NCBI GenBank assembly: GCA_945877815.1
Contig: CAMDWJ010000008.1
Span: 51,936-115,935, forward strand
DNA: 64,000 nt
Source of the DNA: Caenispirillum bisanense
Lineage (GTDB): Bacteria; Pseudomonadota; Alphaproteobacteria; Rhodospirillales; UBA2165
Reading direction: 5' to 3'
Program-made: the position numbers and the translations under genes
The notes under the pieces: model-generated
The model's database searches: none
What the model saw: only the letters and a program-made list of their open reading frames with translations
What the model was told of the DNA's origin: nothing
Shown: piece after piece, positions 1-9,311 of the stretch
Position numbering within the stretch: position 1 is the first letter of the stretch
Layout: each line of letters begins with the position of its first letter

Positions 1-255
1 GCCGGTATGCGCCCCGGATGCCTTGGTATGACAATCCTGGCCGCCAACTGTGATTGAGGTGTTCGCCAAGGTGAAGTGGACGACACCGATCAGGGTTGCG
101 GGGGGGCAGAGTAAGAGATCGAAGGGAAGCGGCCCTTGTGCGGCCTCGGCGTCCTGCATCAACCGCATCAGCGTTTCGGCACGCTCGACGCCGTCGTCCC
201 AGAGCCCGTTCATCTTCCAGTTGCCCGCGATCAGCGGACGCCGTCCCTGAGCCAT
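1..255 (-). CDS. tpiA: triosephosphate isomerase, N-terminal part (gene runs off the left edge)
   Basis: Not in the ORF track because there is no stop in the window. Manual reverse-strand translation from the ATG at 255-253 gives MAQGRRPLIAGNWKMNG...LLLCPPATL...VGGQDCHTKASGAHTG, which are typical TIM N-terminal signatures. Confidence 0.85.
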   Translation of the reverse strand, partial: MAQGRRPLIAGNWKMNGLWDDGVERAETLMRLMQDAEAAQGPLPFDLLLCPPATLIGVVHFTLANTSITVGGQDCHTKASGAHTG

Positions 256-378
256 AATTACCTCATATTGTCGTTGTGCATGATGCGGCCCGGCCGCGCC
301 CGGTCAAGCCCCCTGAGTCCAGTTAAATCCAGGCAAAATAAAGCCTAAAGCCTTGATCCCGGCTCAGGCATCGATAGG

Positions 379-2259
379 ATGCGCGTCATGCTAGGAACAT
401 TTCGAGATAAAATCGTCAAGTGGGGCACGCAGCTCCTCTTCCTCCTCATCATGCTGAGCTTCGTCGCCTGGGGCATCGGCGACTATATCGGTTATCGAGG
501 GCCCGGAAGTAACCAGACGGTGGCTACGGTCGGCAGCCGGTCCATCAGTTCGCGCGAATTCCAGCGCGAAATGCAGGATCAGATGGGGCGCATGCGCCAG
601 ATGTTGGGCGAGTCGTTCAATATCGAGCAAGCCCGTGCCATGGGAATCGACGATTCTGTCCTACAGTCGATGATCCAGGACGCGCTCTTCTCCGAAGGGG
701 CCCGCAATTTGGGCCTGGTTGTCGACGATTCGGTGGTTTCGCAGGAAATTCGTGCCGATCCCAGTTTCCAGACCCCATCCGGCGGGTTCGACCGGGTGCA
801 ATTCGACAGCGCCCTTCGGCGAGCCGGCTATAACGAGGCCGCCTACGTCGCTCTGTTGCGCGGTGAATTGCTGCGCCGTCAATATTTAAGCCCGTTGGCA
901 TTCGCCCGCGAAGCCCCGCAGACCCTGGTCGGATTGCTGTACCGATATCGCAATGAAAAGCGCGTCGCGCAGGTCATCATCCTGCCCCACAGCGCGATCA
1001 CAGGGGTGCCAGAAGCGAGCGACGCCGATCTCGTGAGATTCCACGAGGATAACGCTGCCAAATACCGCACCCCTGAGCAACGCGCGCTCACGATCGTGCG
1101 GATGCGGCCCTCCGACATCGTCGACGAGATCGATGTCGCCGATGATCGCATCAAGGAATTCTATGACGAGCATCTGGCCGAGTTCGGTACGCCCGAGCGT
1201 CGCTCGATCGAACAGATCCTGTTGCCCGACGAAAAGACCGCGCGCGAAGTCGCCGAACGCATCGCCAAGGGCGCAGATTTTGCCAAGGTGGCTGCGGAAT
1301 TTGGGGGTGGCACGCTTGGCACACTGGCCAAGCGCGAAGTTCCCATTCCCGAACTCGCGGAAACCGCCTTTACGGTCTTGCCCAGCACGGTCAGCTATCC
1401 TGTGGAATCGCCGCTCGGCTGGCACTTGGTCCGCATCGATGATGTCGTGCCAGCGACACAGAAAGCGCTGCCCGATGTGAGCGAGGAAATCCGCAAGCAT
1501 ATCGCCATGGATAAGGCTGCCGACTCATTGTTCCGCCTCGCCGGACAGTTCGAAGACGAGCTTGGCGGTGGCGCCAGCACCGAGGAAGCCGCCAAGCGGC
1601 TGAAATTGAATGTCCTGAAGATCGACGCCGTGGACAAGGAGGGACGCGATCCTTCGGGCAACAAATATATCGACATGACGCCCGATATCCTGCGGGTTGC
1701 TTTCGAGGTGCCGGCGGGCGGCGATAGCCCGCTCGGCGATCTGCGCGACGGCGGCCACTATCTCGTCCATGTCGATAAGATTACGCCGTCCGCCGTTCGC
1801 CCGTTCGACGAGGTTAAGGATCGCGTGCGCGACGATTGGCGTGCCGACCAACAGGCGCAGCGCGCCGAAAAAATCGCGTTGGAGATCGCTGCAGATATCA
1901 AATCCGGCAAAATTCTAGCCGATATAGCGAGCGCGCGCGGTGCCAAACTTGCGACGACCCAGCCCTTCACCCGTACGGGCCTCGGGTTGGATGCGCCGCT
2001 CCCGGGAGCGCTGATTTCGTCACTGTTCAAAAGTGCTCCCGGCACGCCCGAGAGCGCTGCCTCGAACGACGCCCATGCCGTCGGCGTCGTCTCGCAGGTG
2101 ATCGCAGCCGATCCGGTCGCCGACGAAGACGGCGCTAGCCGGTTGAAAGATGAAATCGCCTCGGCCTTGTCGAACGATCTGTCGGTGGGACTTGCCGCCG
2201 CGCTCCGCGATAAGTTGAAAGTATCGATCGATCGGGCAGCCGTCGACAGCGCCTTCTGA
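379..2259 (+). CDS. ppiD: PpiD/SurA-N family periplasmic chaperone / peptidyl-prolyl isomerase
   Basis: 626-aa ORF. It has an N-terminal membrane anchor (LLFLLIMLSFVAWGIGDY), a long chaperone-like region and a parvulin-like segment (SPLGWHLVRIDDV). It lies between tpiA and trpE, as I recall for Rhizobiales. Confidence 0.7.
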   Translation: MRVMLGTFRDKIVKWGTQLLFLLIMLSFVAWGIGDYIGYRGPGSNQTVATVGSRSISSREFQREMQDQMGRMRQMLGESFNIEQARAMGIDDSVLQSMIQDALFSEGARNLGLVVDDSVVSQEIRADPSFQTPSGGFDRVQFDSALRRAGYNEAAYVALLRGELLRRQYLSPLAFAREAPQTLVGLLYRYRNEKRVAQVIILPHSAITGVPEASDADLVRFHEDNAAKYRTPEQRALTIVRMRPSDIVDEIDVADDRIKEFYDEHLAEFGTPERRSIEQILLPDEKTAREVAERIAKGADFAKVAAEFGGGTLGTLAKREVPIPELAETAFTVLPSTVSYPVESPLGWHLVRIDDVVPATQKALPDVSEEIRKHIAMDKAADSLFRLAGQFEDELGGGASTEEAAKRLKLNVLKIDAVDKEGRDPSGNKYIDMTPDILRVAFEVPAGGDSPLGDLRDGGHYLVHVDKITPSAVRPFDEVKDRVRDDWRADQQAQRAEKIALEIAADIKSGKILADIASARGAKLATTQPFTRTGLGLDAPLPGALISSLFKSAPGTPESAASNDAHAVGVVSQVIAADPVADEDGASRLKDEIASALSNDLSVGLAAALRDKLKVSIDRAAVDSAF

Positions 2260-2261
2260 TC

Positions 2262-3779
2262 ATGCGTGCGACACCTGAGTTGGCGTCCTTTGCGCCGATC
2301 TACGACGCAGGAAAACCTCAGGTCGTCGCGAGCACGTTGATCTCCGATCTGGAGACGCCGGTATCGGCCATGATGAAGCTGGTCGGCGGCGAGCCACTCA
2401 GCTTTCTTTTGGAATCGGTGGAGGGCGGCAAGATCCGCGGACGCTATTCCTTCCTCGGCATGCGTCCGGATCTGATCTGGCGATGCTATGGCAATCACGC
2501 CGAAATCAATCGCAATGCACTGTCCGACCCAAAAAAATTCGAGCCCTGCCCCGTCGGCCAGGTGGATGGCACGCTCGCTTCTTTTCGCGCCATCTTAGCG
2601 GAATCGCGTATCGAGATGCCGGACGGTCTGCCGCCGATGGCCGCGGGATTGGTCGGCTATCTCGGCTACGACGCCGTGCGCCTTGCCGAAAAAATTCCGG
2701 ACACCAATCCGGATCCGATCGGCGCTCCTGACGGCCAGTTCATCCGCCCGACAATCATCGCTGTGTTTGATACGATTGAAGACGAGGTGACGATCGTGAC
2801 ACCCGTGTGGCCACGCATGGGTATTTCCGCCGAGCAGGCCTACGAAGCTGCATTGTCGCGTCTCGGCAAGGTGCTCGACGATTTCGATCGCGCCGTGCCG
2901 CATTTGCAGATCGCAACCGAACTCGCCGATCTTCCCGAACCCGTCTCCAACATGACCTCGGAGATGTTTATGGACGTCGTGCGCAAGGCCAAGGACTACG
3001 TGCTCGCGGGCGACGTTTTCCAGGTCGTGCTGTCGCAGCGCTATTCGGTGCCGTTCGATCTGCCGCCGCTCGCACTTTACCGCGCGCTTCGCCGCATCAA
3101 TCCATCGCCCTTCCTGTTCTTCCAGGATTTCGGCGATTTCTCGATCATCGGTTCGAGCCCAGAGCTTCTGGTTCGTTTGCGCGAGGGCAAGGTGACGATC
3201 CGCCCGCTGGCCGGCACCCGCCCGCGCGGCAAGAATGCCGCCGACGATAAGCGCTTGGTCGACGATTTGTTGTCGGATCCGAAGGAATTAGCCGAGCATC
3301 TCATGCTGCTCGACCTCGGACGCAACGATGTCGGGCGCGTTTCGCAGGTCGGCACAGTCAACGTCACCGAACAGATGGTCGTCGAATTCTATTCGCACGT
3401 CATGCACATCGTCTCCAATGTCGAAGGCGAGATCGATCCGAAGTGGGATGCCATCGATGCCCTGCTCGCCGGTTTCCCTGCGGGTACGGTCTCGGGCGCG
3501 CCCAAGGTGCGGGCGATGGAAATCATCGACGAGTTGGAAACCGTGCGGCGGGGTATCTATGCCGGCTGTATCGGCTATTTCGGCGCCGACGGCGATATGG
3601 ATACATGCATTGCGCTGCGTACCGGCGTGCTCAAGGATAAGGTGCTCTATGTCCAGGCAGGCGCCGGCATCGTAGCCGACAGCGATCCGGCTTCCGAGAA
3701 CCTGGAATGCCGCAACAAGGCCATGGCCCTGGTCCGCGCCGCCCAAGAAGCGGTGCGCTATTCCCAGAACCGAAATTGA
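2262..3779 (+). CDS. trpE: anthranilate synthase component I
   Basis: 505 aa with chorismate-binding enzyme motifs (SPELLVRL, AGTRPRG, LLDLGRNDVGRV, GAPKVRAMEIIDELE, RGIYAGCIGYF). It starts 3 nt after the ppiD stop. Confidence 0.95.
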   Translation: MRATPELASFAPIYDAGKPQVVASTLISDLETPVSAMMKLVGGEPLSFLLESVEGGKIRGRYSFLGMRPDLIWRCYGNHAEINRNALSDPKKFEPCPVGQVDGTLASFRAILAESRIEMPDGLPPMAAGLVGYLGYDAVRLAEKIPDTNPDPIGAPDGQFIRPTIIAVFDTIEDEVTIVTPVWPRMGISAEQAYEAALSRLGKVLDDFDRAVPHLQIATELADLPEPVSNMTSEMFMDVVRKAKDYVLAGDVFQVVLSQRYSVPFDLPPLALYRALRRINPSPFLFFQDFGDFSIIGSSPELLVRLREGKVTIRPLAGTRPRGKNAADDKRLVDDLLSDPKELAEHLMLLDLGRNDVGRVSQVGTVNVTEQMVVEFYSHVMHIVSNVEGEIDPKWDAIDALLAGFPAGTVSGAPKVRAMEIIDELETVRRGIYAGCIGYFGADGDMDTCIALRTGVLKDKVLYVQAGAGIVADSDPASENLECRNKAMALVRAAQEAVRYSQNRN

Positions 3780-3789
3780 CGCCATAGGC

Positions 3790-4096
3790 GTCATACGCGG
3801 ACTTGTTCCACTGCTGTCCGGTTTAAATTAAGCCGTCATGCCCGTACTTGTTACGGGCATCCACGGTCGAAAGCGCAAGAGCGCGAAAAGACCGTTGGAG
3901 CGCGGATACCCAGTTTTGCCCTGCATGATCCGATGGTCGAATCGTGGATGGCCGTAACAAGTACGGCCATGACGAACCTATTTTCGGAGTTCGAGTCTCA
4001 GCCGGTTCTATCATGCAAAAATATAAGAAGAGGAAGGCTTTGTTCCGGTTCGAAACATTTTAAACCGGAAAGCAGTGGGCCAAGCCCGGTCATGAC
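3790..4096. repeat. composite nested palindromic (MITE-like) element
   Basis: The outer ends are GTCAT.../...ATGAC. There is a 20-bp inverted pair at 3808-3827 (CCACTGCTGTCCGGTTTAAA) and 4059-4078 (TTTAAACCGGAAAGCAGTGG), 19/20 complementary. An inner 139-bp unit has 31-nt hairpin arms at 3835-3865 and 3943-3973. Confidence 0.8.
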
Positions 4097-4150
4097 GGCC
4101 CTCAATGTTTGCGCTAATCTGCAGTCTCAATAAAAAACAGGGATGCAATC

Positions 4151-4678
4151 ATGGCCAAGGCAGCAACAGCGCGTGCGCTGGGCGAGACCGCAAAGGTCGA
4201 ACCGGCGCTGAAACTCAAATTCCTTTCGCATGGTACGTTGGAATCGGCCGATCTCGATCGCACGCGCGATTTCTATGAACAGTTCCTCGGCCTCGAAGTC
4301 CTGCGCACCAGTCCGGTTTCGCTGATGATCCGGCTCGGCGGCACCAATACGATCGCGGTGGTGCGCAACCTGAAGAAAACCCACGAAATGCCCATGCTCA
4401 ACCACAATGGTCTCGACGTCGAAACACAGGAAGAAGTCGACGCCGCCTATGCGACGGTGATGGAGCAGCAAGATAAGTGGGGCATAAGCGAGATCACCAA
4501 ACCGCTCCTTCAGCACGGGACCTACAGCTTCTTCTTCAAGGATATGGACAAGAACTGGTGGGAGATCCTCACCAATCCGCAGGACGGCTATTCATGGCTG
4601 TTCGAGCAGGGCGGCGATCTGCAGGGCAAAGGACATCAGGACAGGAAATTCGGCAGGCCCGGCGTCAAGATCGACTAG
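4151..4678 (+). CDS. VOC (glyoxalase/bleomycin-resistance/dioxygenase fold) family protein
   Basis: 175-aa ORF with an AGGGA-type RBS before the ATG. It shows a VOC-like pattern (FLSHGTLESADLDRTRDFYEQFLGLEV ... YSFFFKDMDKNWWEI). The family call is by eye only. Confidence 0.55.
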   Translation: MAKAATARALGETAKVEPALKLKFLSHGTLESADLDRTRDFYEQFLGLEVLRTSPVSLMIRLGGTNTIAVVRNLKKTHEMPMLNHNGLDVETQEEVDAAYATVMEQQDKWGISEITKPLLQHGTYSFFFKDMDKNWWEILTNPQDGYSWLFEQGGDLQGKGHQDRKFGRPGVKID

Positions 4679-5794
4679 TTACCGCCGCGCGCTGAGCGCG
4701 CTTCGCGCGATATTGTCCTTCACGATCGCCGAGACAGGCACAAAGACGAAGCCGCGCGCCTTGGCATCGGGAATCCAACGCGCCAAGGCATCGATCGTGC
4801 CGTCGCGCGGATGGCCGATGGCGGTGGCGGCGCCGCGCGCGCGCGCGATCCGTTCCAACTCAGCCAATTGGCGGCCGACCGCGCTGGTCGTCGGTTCGTT
4901 ATCGAGAAACACGTCGCGCTCGGCGAACGGCAGTTGAAGACCGCGCGAAACCTCGCCGCCTACGGTATTGGGCCCGGTTCGAGAATCCAGGAACAACAGA
5001 CCGCGCCGTTTGATTTCACCCAACATGACCTGCATCGCCGCGCGGTCGGCGGTAAAAAGACTGCCCATGTGGTTGTTGACGCCGACATAGCCGTCGAATT
5101 TACCGAGCACGCGCGTCAGACGCGCCAGGATCTCGTCGGGCTCGATATCGCGTAACAGCACATCGGGGCCGGGATCCATCGAGCGGCTCGTGGCTTCCAT
5201 GGCAACATGCACCATCAATTCGTGCCCGGCGGCCGATGCCGCGCGCACCTGCGGGGTCAATCCCTCGCCGTAGGTCAGGAAAGAAATCGTGAGCGGCCCA
5301 GGCAACGCGATAATGCGCGCCGTACGATGATGATCGAGCCCTGCATCGTCGATGACGATAGCCACGCGTGGACCTGTTTCTACCGGAACTGACTTCGCGT
5401 ATTTCTGCCACGGCAAGGCTCCACTCGGCGCCGGCGGCAATTGAACGCGAGGCGTTGGAGGTGCGGCAACGGTTGCGGGCGGTTGTGGCGCCGGATCGAT
5501 CGCCGGTTCCATCGCTTCGGGCTCGTCGCGCAGCACGACCGGTTCTGCAGGTGGGGGTTTACGCGCCGGCAGTTCGCTCGCAACGATATCGGTGAATTGT
5601 TGCGACGCGTCGGTCGCCACGGCAAAGACCGCCACGGCGGCGGCAACCACAAATGTGAGTCCGACAAACGCCCCCATCCCGAGCTGGACGGCGCGTCGTG
5701 ACACGAGGCCCTTAAACTGCGCAAGCGCCGTCGGCTTAGCGCGCTTTTTCGCCGTCGCTTTTTTGCGTTTAGGTTTCGCCATGCCTGAATCCAC
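4679..5794 (-). CDS. divergent polysaccharide deacetylase (YibQ-like) family protein
   Basis: 371 aa from GTG 5794, with an alternative ATG at 5782. It has a Lys-rich N-terminus, one TM helix and a Pro-rich linker. The core then carries VAIVIDDAG, GVNNHMGS, FLDSRT and AIGHP, as in YibQ/PF04748-type proteins. Confidence 0.7.
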   Translation of the reverse strand: MDSGMAKPKRKKATAKKRAKPTALAQFKGLVSRRAVQLGMGAFVGLTFVVAAAVAVFAVATDASQQFTDIVASELPARKPPPAEPVVLRDEPEAMEPAIDPAPQPPATVAAPPTPRVQLPPAPSGALPWQKYAKSVPVETGPRVAIVIDDAGLDHHRTARIIALPGPLTISFLTYGEGLTPQVRAASAAGHELMVHVAMEATSRSMDPGPDVLLRDIEPDEILARLTRVLGKFDGYVGVNNHMGSLFTADRAAMQVMLGEIKRRGLLFLDSRTGPNTVGGEVSRGLQLPFAERDVFLDNEPTTSAVGRQLAELERIARARGAATAIGHPRDGTIDALARWIPDAKARGFVFVPVSAIVKDNIARSALSARR

Positions 5795-5873
5795 GATCTG
5801 CGGCCAAGCTATGTCGCCGACCTTTCCCAGGAGTTAACGTTTATCGCGATTCGCCGGATGGCAAACCCGTTCG

Positions 5874-8162
5874 TTAAAGTTTAGCCCTTTTCAGGCGGAG
5901 CGCGTTGCCAATCACCGAGACGGACGACAGGCTCATGGCCGCACTTGCAATCATCGGCGACAACAAAAGTCCGAACACCGGATAAAGCATGCCCGCAGCC
6001 AGCGGAACGCCGAGCGAATTGTAAATGAAGGCGAAGAACAGGTTCTGGCGGATATTACGCATCGTCTGACGCGACAAGCGACGCGCCCGCAGAATTCCCC
6101 GCAAATCGCCCTTCACCAGCGTAACGTGTGCGCTTTCCATCGCGATATCTGTTCCGGTGCCCATGGCGATTCCGACATCGGCCATGGCGAGGGCGGGCGC
6201 ATCGTTGACACCATCGCCGGCCATCGCAACCACGCGGCCTTCCGCTTTGAGTTTGGCGACCAAAGCACTTTTGTCGGCCGGCATGACCCCTGCCACGATC
6301 CGATCGATGCCGAGCTGCGCGGCGACGCTGCGTGCCGTTATCTCGGCATCACCGGTCGCCATGATGATTTCGACCCCGTCGTCGCGCAGGCCCTGGATCG
6401 CTTCGCGTGTCGTTTCCTTGATCGGATCGGCGATGGCGAGCATGCCGGCCATCGTGCCGCCAAGACCAATATAGATCACCGTCTTGCCGCGCTGTTGCAG
6501 GTCCGCCGCGCGCGCGTCTTCTTCCGTGCCGGCCCCGACGTAAGAACCTTTGCCGATGCGAACGCTCCGACCCTCCACGCTTCCTTGCACACCGGAACCG
6601 GTATCGGAGACGAAATCCGAGACAGTTGGGATCGCCAATCCACGCGCTTCGGCAGCCGCGACGACGGCGGCGGCCAAAGGATGTCCACTCGCGCGCTCCA
6701 AACCGGCGGCGAGGCGCAGAAGATCGTTCTCTTCGATCGTGCCCATCGCGATGACATCCGTAACCTTCGGTTTGCCTTCGGTCAGCGTTCCCGTCTTATC
6801 GACGATCAGCGTGTTGACCTGTTCCAGCCGTTCGAGCGCGGCTGCATTGCGCACCAACACTCCCATGCGGGCACCCTCGCCCGTTCCCACCATGATCGAC
6901 ATGGGCGTGGCCAACCCAAGCGCACAAGGACACGCGATGATTAGCACCGCGACGGCATTGACCAGGGCATGCGCCAATTTTGGATCGGGTCCGACCAGCG
7001 CCCAGACGACGAAGGTCGCGACCGCCACGAGCACGACCGCCGGAACAAACCAGGCGGAAACTTTGTCGACAAGACGTTGAACGGGTGCTTGGCTGCGTTG
7101 TGCTTCGGCGACAAGGCGGACGATCTGCGCCAACAAGGTATCGCTGCCCACCCGCTTCGCCGTCATGACGAAGCTGCCGTCTTGATTGAGCGTACCGCCG
7201 GTCACCTTGTCGCCCGCGCGCTTTGCGAGCGGAAGCGACTCACCTGTAATCATGGATTCATCGAGCGTCGCCGATCCTTCGGCGATTGTGCCGTCGACTG
7301 GAACGGTATCGCCCGGACGAACGCGCAAACGATCCGCCTTTGCGACCAATTCCAGTAGCACGTCGCGCTCGCTGCCGTCAGCTTCGAGTTTGCGCGCGGT
7401 TTTAGGCGCGAGATCGAGCAGCGCGCGGATGGCGCCGCTGGTTTCCGCGCGGGCTTTCAGTTCAAGCATCTGGCCCAACAGGACCAGTGTCGTGATGACG
7501 GCGGCGGCTTCGAAATAGACGCTGATTTCGCCGTGATGGTCGCGAAATGCCGGCGGGAACAGATCGGGTGCCAGCAACGCGACGAGACTGTAGATATAGG
7601 CGACGCCGACCCCGAGTCCGATCAAGGTAAACATATTTGGACTGCGATTGAGGACCGAAGACCAAGCGCGCACGAAGAAGGGCCAAGCACCCCATGCGAC
7701 GACCGGTGTTGCGAGCACAAATTGAATCCAGGCCGTGCCGGCGACCTCGCCCATCGCCAAAATCAAAGTCGGCAGGGCCAGTACCAAGGAAATCCAGAAT
7801 CGGAAACGCATCGCGCGCAGTTCGCTGTCGTCTCCGGCCCCGGTGGCGACCGGTTCCACCGGCTCCAACGCCATGCCGCATTTCGGACAAAATCCAGGGC
7901 CGACCTGCCGCACTTCGGGATGCATCGGGCAGGTATAGATGGCATCAGAATTTGCCGGCGCGCTCGATGGGGCTTGGCCGTGCGCGTGCCCCGCATGATC
8001 GGGCCCGTGATCATGCTTGTGCAAATAGATTTCTGGCGCCGCTTCGAACTTGGACTTGCATCTCGGATTGCAGAAAACATACTCCGTGCCGCCATGCGTA
8101 AGGCGATGTTTTGCGGTCTCGGTTTCAACCTGCATGCCGCAGACGGGATCGGTGACTTTCAT
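5874..8162 (-). CDS. copA: copper-translocating P1B-type ATPase
   Basis: Motifs present are CPC ([13 protein letters not shown]), DKTGTLT and GDGVNDAP. The N-terminus has DPVCGM...FCNPRC (YHS/TRASH-like), a His-rich stretch and CPMHPE...CPKCGM. The track start 8201 is a TTG lying on the predicted -10 box, so ATG 8162 ([10 protein letters not shown]) is preferred. Confidence 0.9.
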   Translation of the reverse strand: MKVTDPVCGMQVETETAKHRLTHGGTEYVFCNPRCKSKFEAAPEIYLHKHDHGPDHAGHAHGQAPSSAPANSDAIYTCPMHPEVRQVGPGFCPKCGMALEPVEPVATGAGDDSELRAMRFRFWISLVLALPTLILAMGEVAGTAWIQFVLATPVVAWGAWPFFVRAWSSVLNRSPNMFTLIGLGVGVAYIYSLVALLAPDLFPPAFRDHHGEISVYFEAAAVITTLVLLGQMLELKARAETSGAIRALLDLAPKTARKLEADGSERDVLLELVAKADRLRVRPGDTVPVDGTIAEGSATLDESMITGESLPLAKRAGDKVTGGTLNQDGSFVMTAKRVGSDTLLAQIVRLVAEAQRSQAPVQRLVDKVSAWFVPAVVLVAVATFVVWALVGPDPKLAHALVNAVAVLIIACPCALGLATPMSIMVGTGEGARMGVLVRNAAALERLEQVNTLIVDKTGTLTEGKPKVTDVIAMGTIEENDLLRLAAGLERASGHPLAAAVVAAAEARGLAIPTVSDFVSDTGSGVQGSVEGRSVRIGKGSYVGAGTEEDARAADLQQRGKTVIYIGLGGTMAGMLAIADPIKETTREAIQGLRDDGVEIIMATGDAEITARSVAAQLGIDRIVAGVMPADKSALVAKLKAEGRVVAMAGDGVNDAPALAMADVGIAMGTGTDIAMESAHVTLVKGDLRGILRARRLSRQTMRNIRQNLFFAFIYNSLGVPLAAGMLYPVFGLLLSPMIASAAMSLSSVSVIGNALRLKRAKL

Positions 8163-8199
8163 CGAGGTTCCAATATTTCGGTCAATTGATTGCTTGTGC

Positions 8200-8227
8200 A
8201 ATATACCATGGGGGGGTATAGTATCAA
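8200..8227 (-). promoter_or_regulatory. candidate copA promoter with embedded palindromic operator
   Basis: The gene-sense sequence reads TTGATA-ctatacccccccatgg-TATATT, a 16-bp spacer. A perfect dyad TATACC-N7-GGTATA at 8202-8220 is centred on a G7/C7 run (8210-8216). The site lies about 35 nt upstream of ATG 8162. Confidence 0.45.
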
Positions 8228-8251
8228 GTCAAAACCAGTGGCGCACGGGGC

Positions 8252-8618
8252 ATGACGTGTTTCACAAAACTTAGGCTATCTCCATTATCGCCCTTCTGAT
8301 CGCGCTGTACTCCATTGGTATCGCCCAGACCACTGGGCACGGACATGACGCCGGTCAAGCCGCCTCTGACGCCAGCAAAGTCTCGCCGAAGCCAATGCCA
8401 AAATGCACAAGGACATGACCATCTCATTCAGTGACAATACCGATATCGATTTTGTGCGCGGCATGATCCCGCATCACCAGGGCGCGGTGGACATGGCCCG
8501 GGTCGTGCTGCAACACGGCAAGGACACCGAGGTGCGCAAGCTCGCCACCGAAGTTATCAAGGCGCAGGAGCAGGAAATCGCCTAGATGACCGAGTGGCTG
8601 AAGAAGAACACGACGTAG
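8252..8618 (+). pseudogene. DUF305-family (copper-associated) gene with two frameshifts and an in-frame TAG
   Basis: Frame 2 gives MTCFTKLR from ATG 8252. Frame 1 gives [35 protein letters not shown]. Frame 0 gives [13 protein letters not shown]...[26 protein letters not shown]...AQEQEIA. A TAG follows at 8583-8585, then MTEWLKKNTT and a stop at 8616-8618. The pieces join into one DUF305-like protein. Confidence 0.6.
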
Positions 8619-8720
8619 AGGTCCCCTGCCCGTGGCGTCTTCCTTGACGCCCCCCGCCCGGACCGGCACTTTGCCGCGGCCCCTATGAGCGTAGAGGTTT
8701 GGGGACGTTGAGGTAAGCGC

Positions 8721-9311
8721 ATGCTTCTGTTGATCGATAATTACGACAGTTTTACCTACAACCTGTGGCATTACTTCGGTGAGCTCGGGGTCGAGGTCGA
8801 GGTCGCGCGCAACGACGCTCTGACGGTCGCCGAAGCCCTCGCCCGGCGTCCCGAAGCGATCATCATTTCGCCCGGTCCCTGCGATCCGGACAAGGCCGGC
8901 ATCTGTCTCGATCTGATCGCGGCGGCCTCCGGCAAGATCCCGATCTTCGGCGTGTGCCTCGGCTTCCAGGCCATCGGCCAATCCATGGGCATTCCCGTGG
9001 TCCGCGCACCCGAGCCGATGCACGGCAAGCTGTCCACCATGCGCCACACGGGGACCGGTATCTTTCGCGGCGTCCCCAATCCCTTCAAGGCGACGCGCTA
9101 CCATTCGCTTATGCTCGAACGGATCAAGGATTGGCCCGCCGATCTGGAGATCACCTGCGAGACCGAGGACGGCATCGTGATGGGTATTCAGCATCGCAAA
9201 CATCCAATCGCGGCGGTGCAGTTCCATCCCGAAAGCATCGCGTCCGAGCATGGCCATACCTTGATCGCCAATTTCCTCGACATGGCGAACTGCAAGCGGA
9301 AAGCCGCATGA
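8721..9311 (+). CDS. trpG: anthranilate synthase component II (glutamine amidotransferase; possibly shared with PabA function)
   Basis: 196-aa class-I GATase with the GVCLG nucleophile elbow and HPES. It has an ATGA overlap with trpD. Confidence 0.9.
   Translation: MLLLIDNYDSFTYNLWHYFGELGVEVEVARNDALTVAEALARRPEAIIISPGPCDPDKAGICLDLIAAASGKIPIFGVCLGFQAIGQSMGIPVVRAPEPMHGKLSTMRHTGTGIFRGVPNPFKATRYHSLMLERIKDWPADLEITCETEDGIVMGIQHRKHPIAAVQFHPESIASEHGHTLIANFLDMANCKRKAA

Noticed and set aside
3986-3999. A tRNA T-arm-like string, GGAGTTCGAGTCTC, lies inside the repeat composite and might be a tRNA fragment or att site.
   Set aside because: No complementary acceptor 5' strand, D-arm or anticodon arm could be found in the preceding 80 nt. 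The T-stem would have only 3 bp.
8954-9307. Long N-terminal extension of the trpD ORF (463-aa version).
   Set aside because: The extension overlaps trpG in another frame and is Arg/His/Pro-rich nonsense. The conserved TrpD sequence begins at ATG 9308, which forms an ATGA overlap with the trpG stop.
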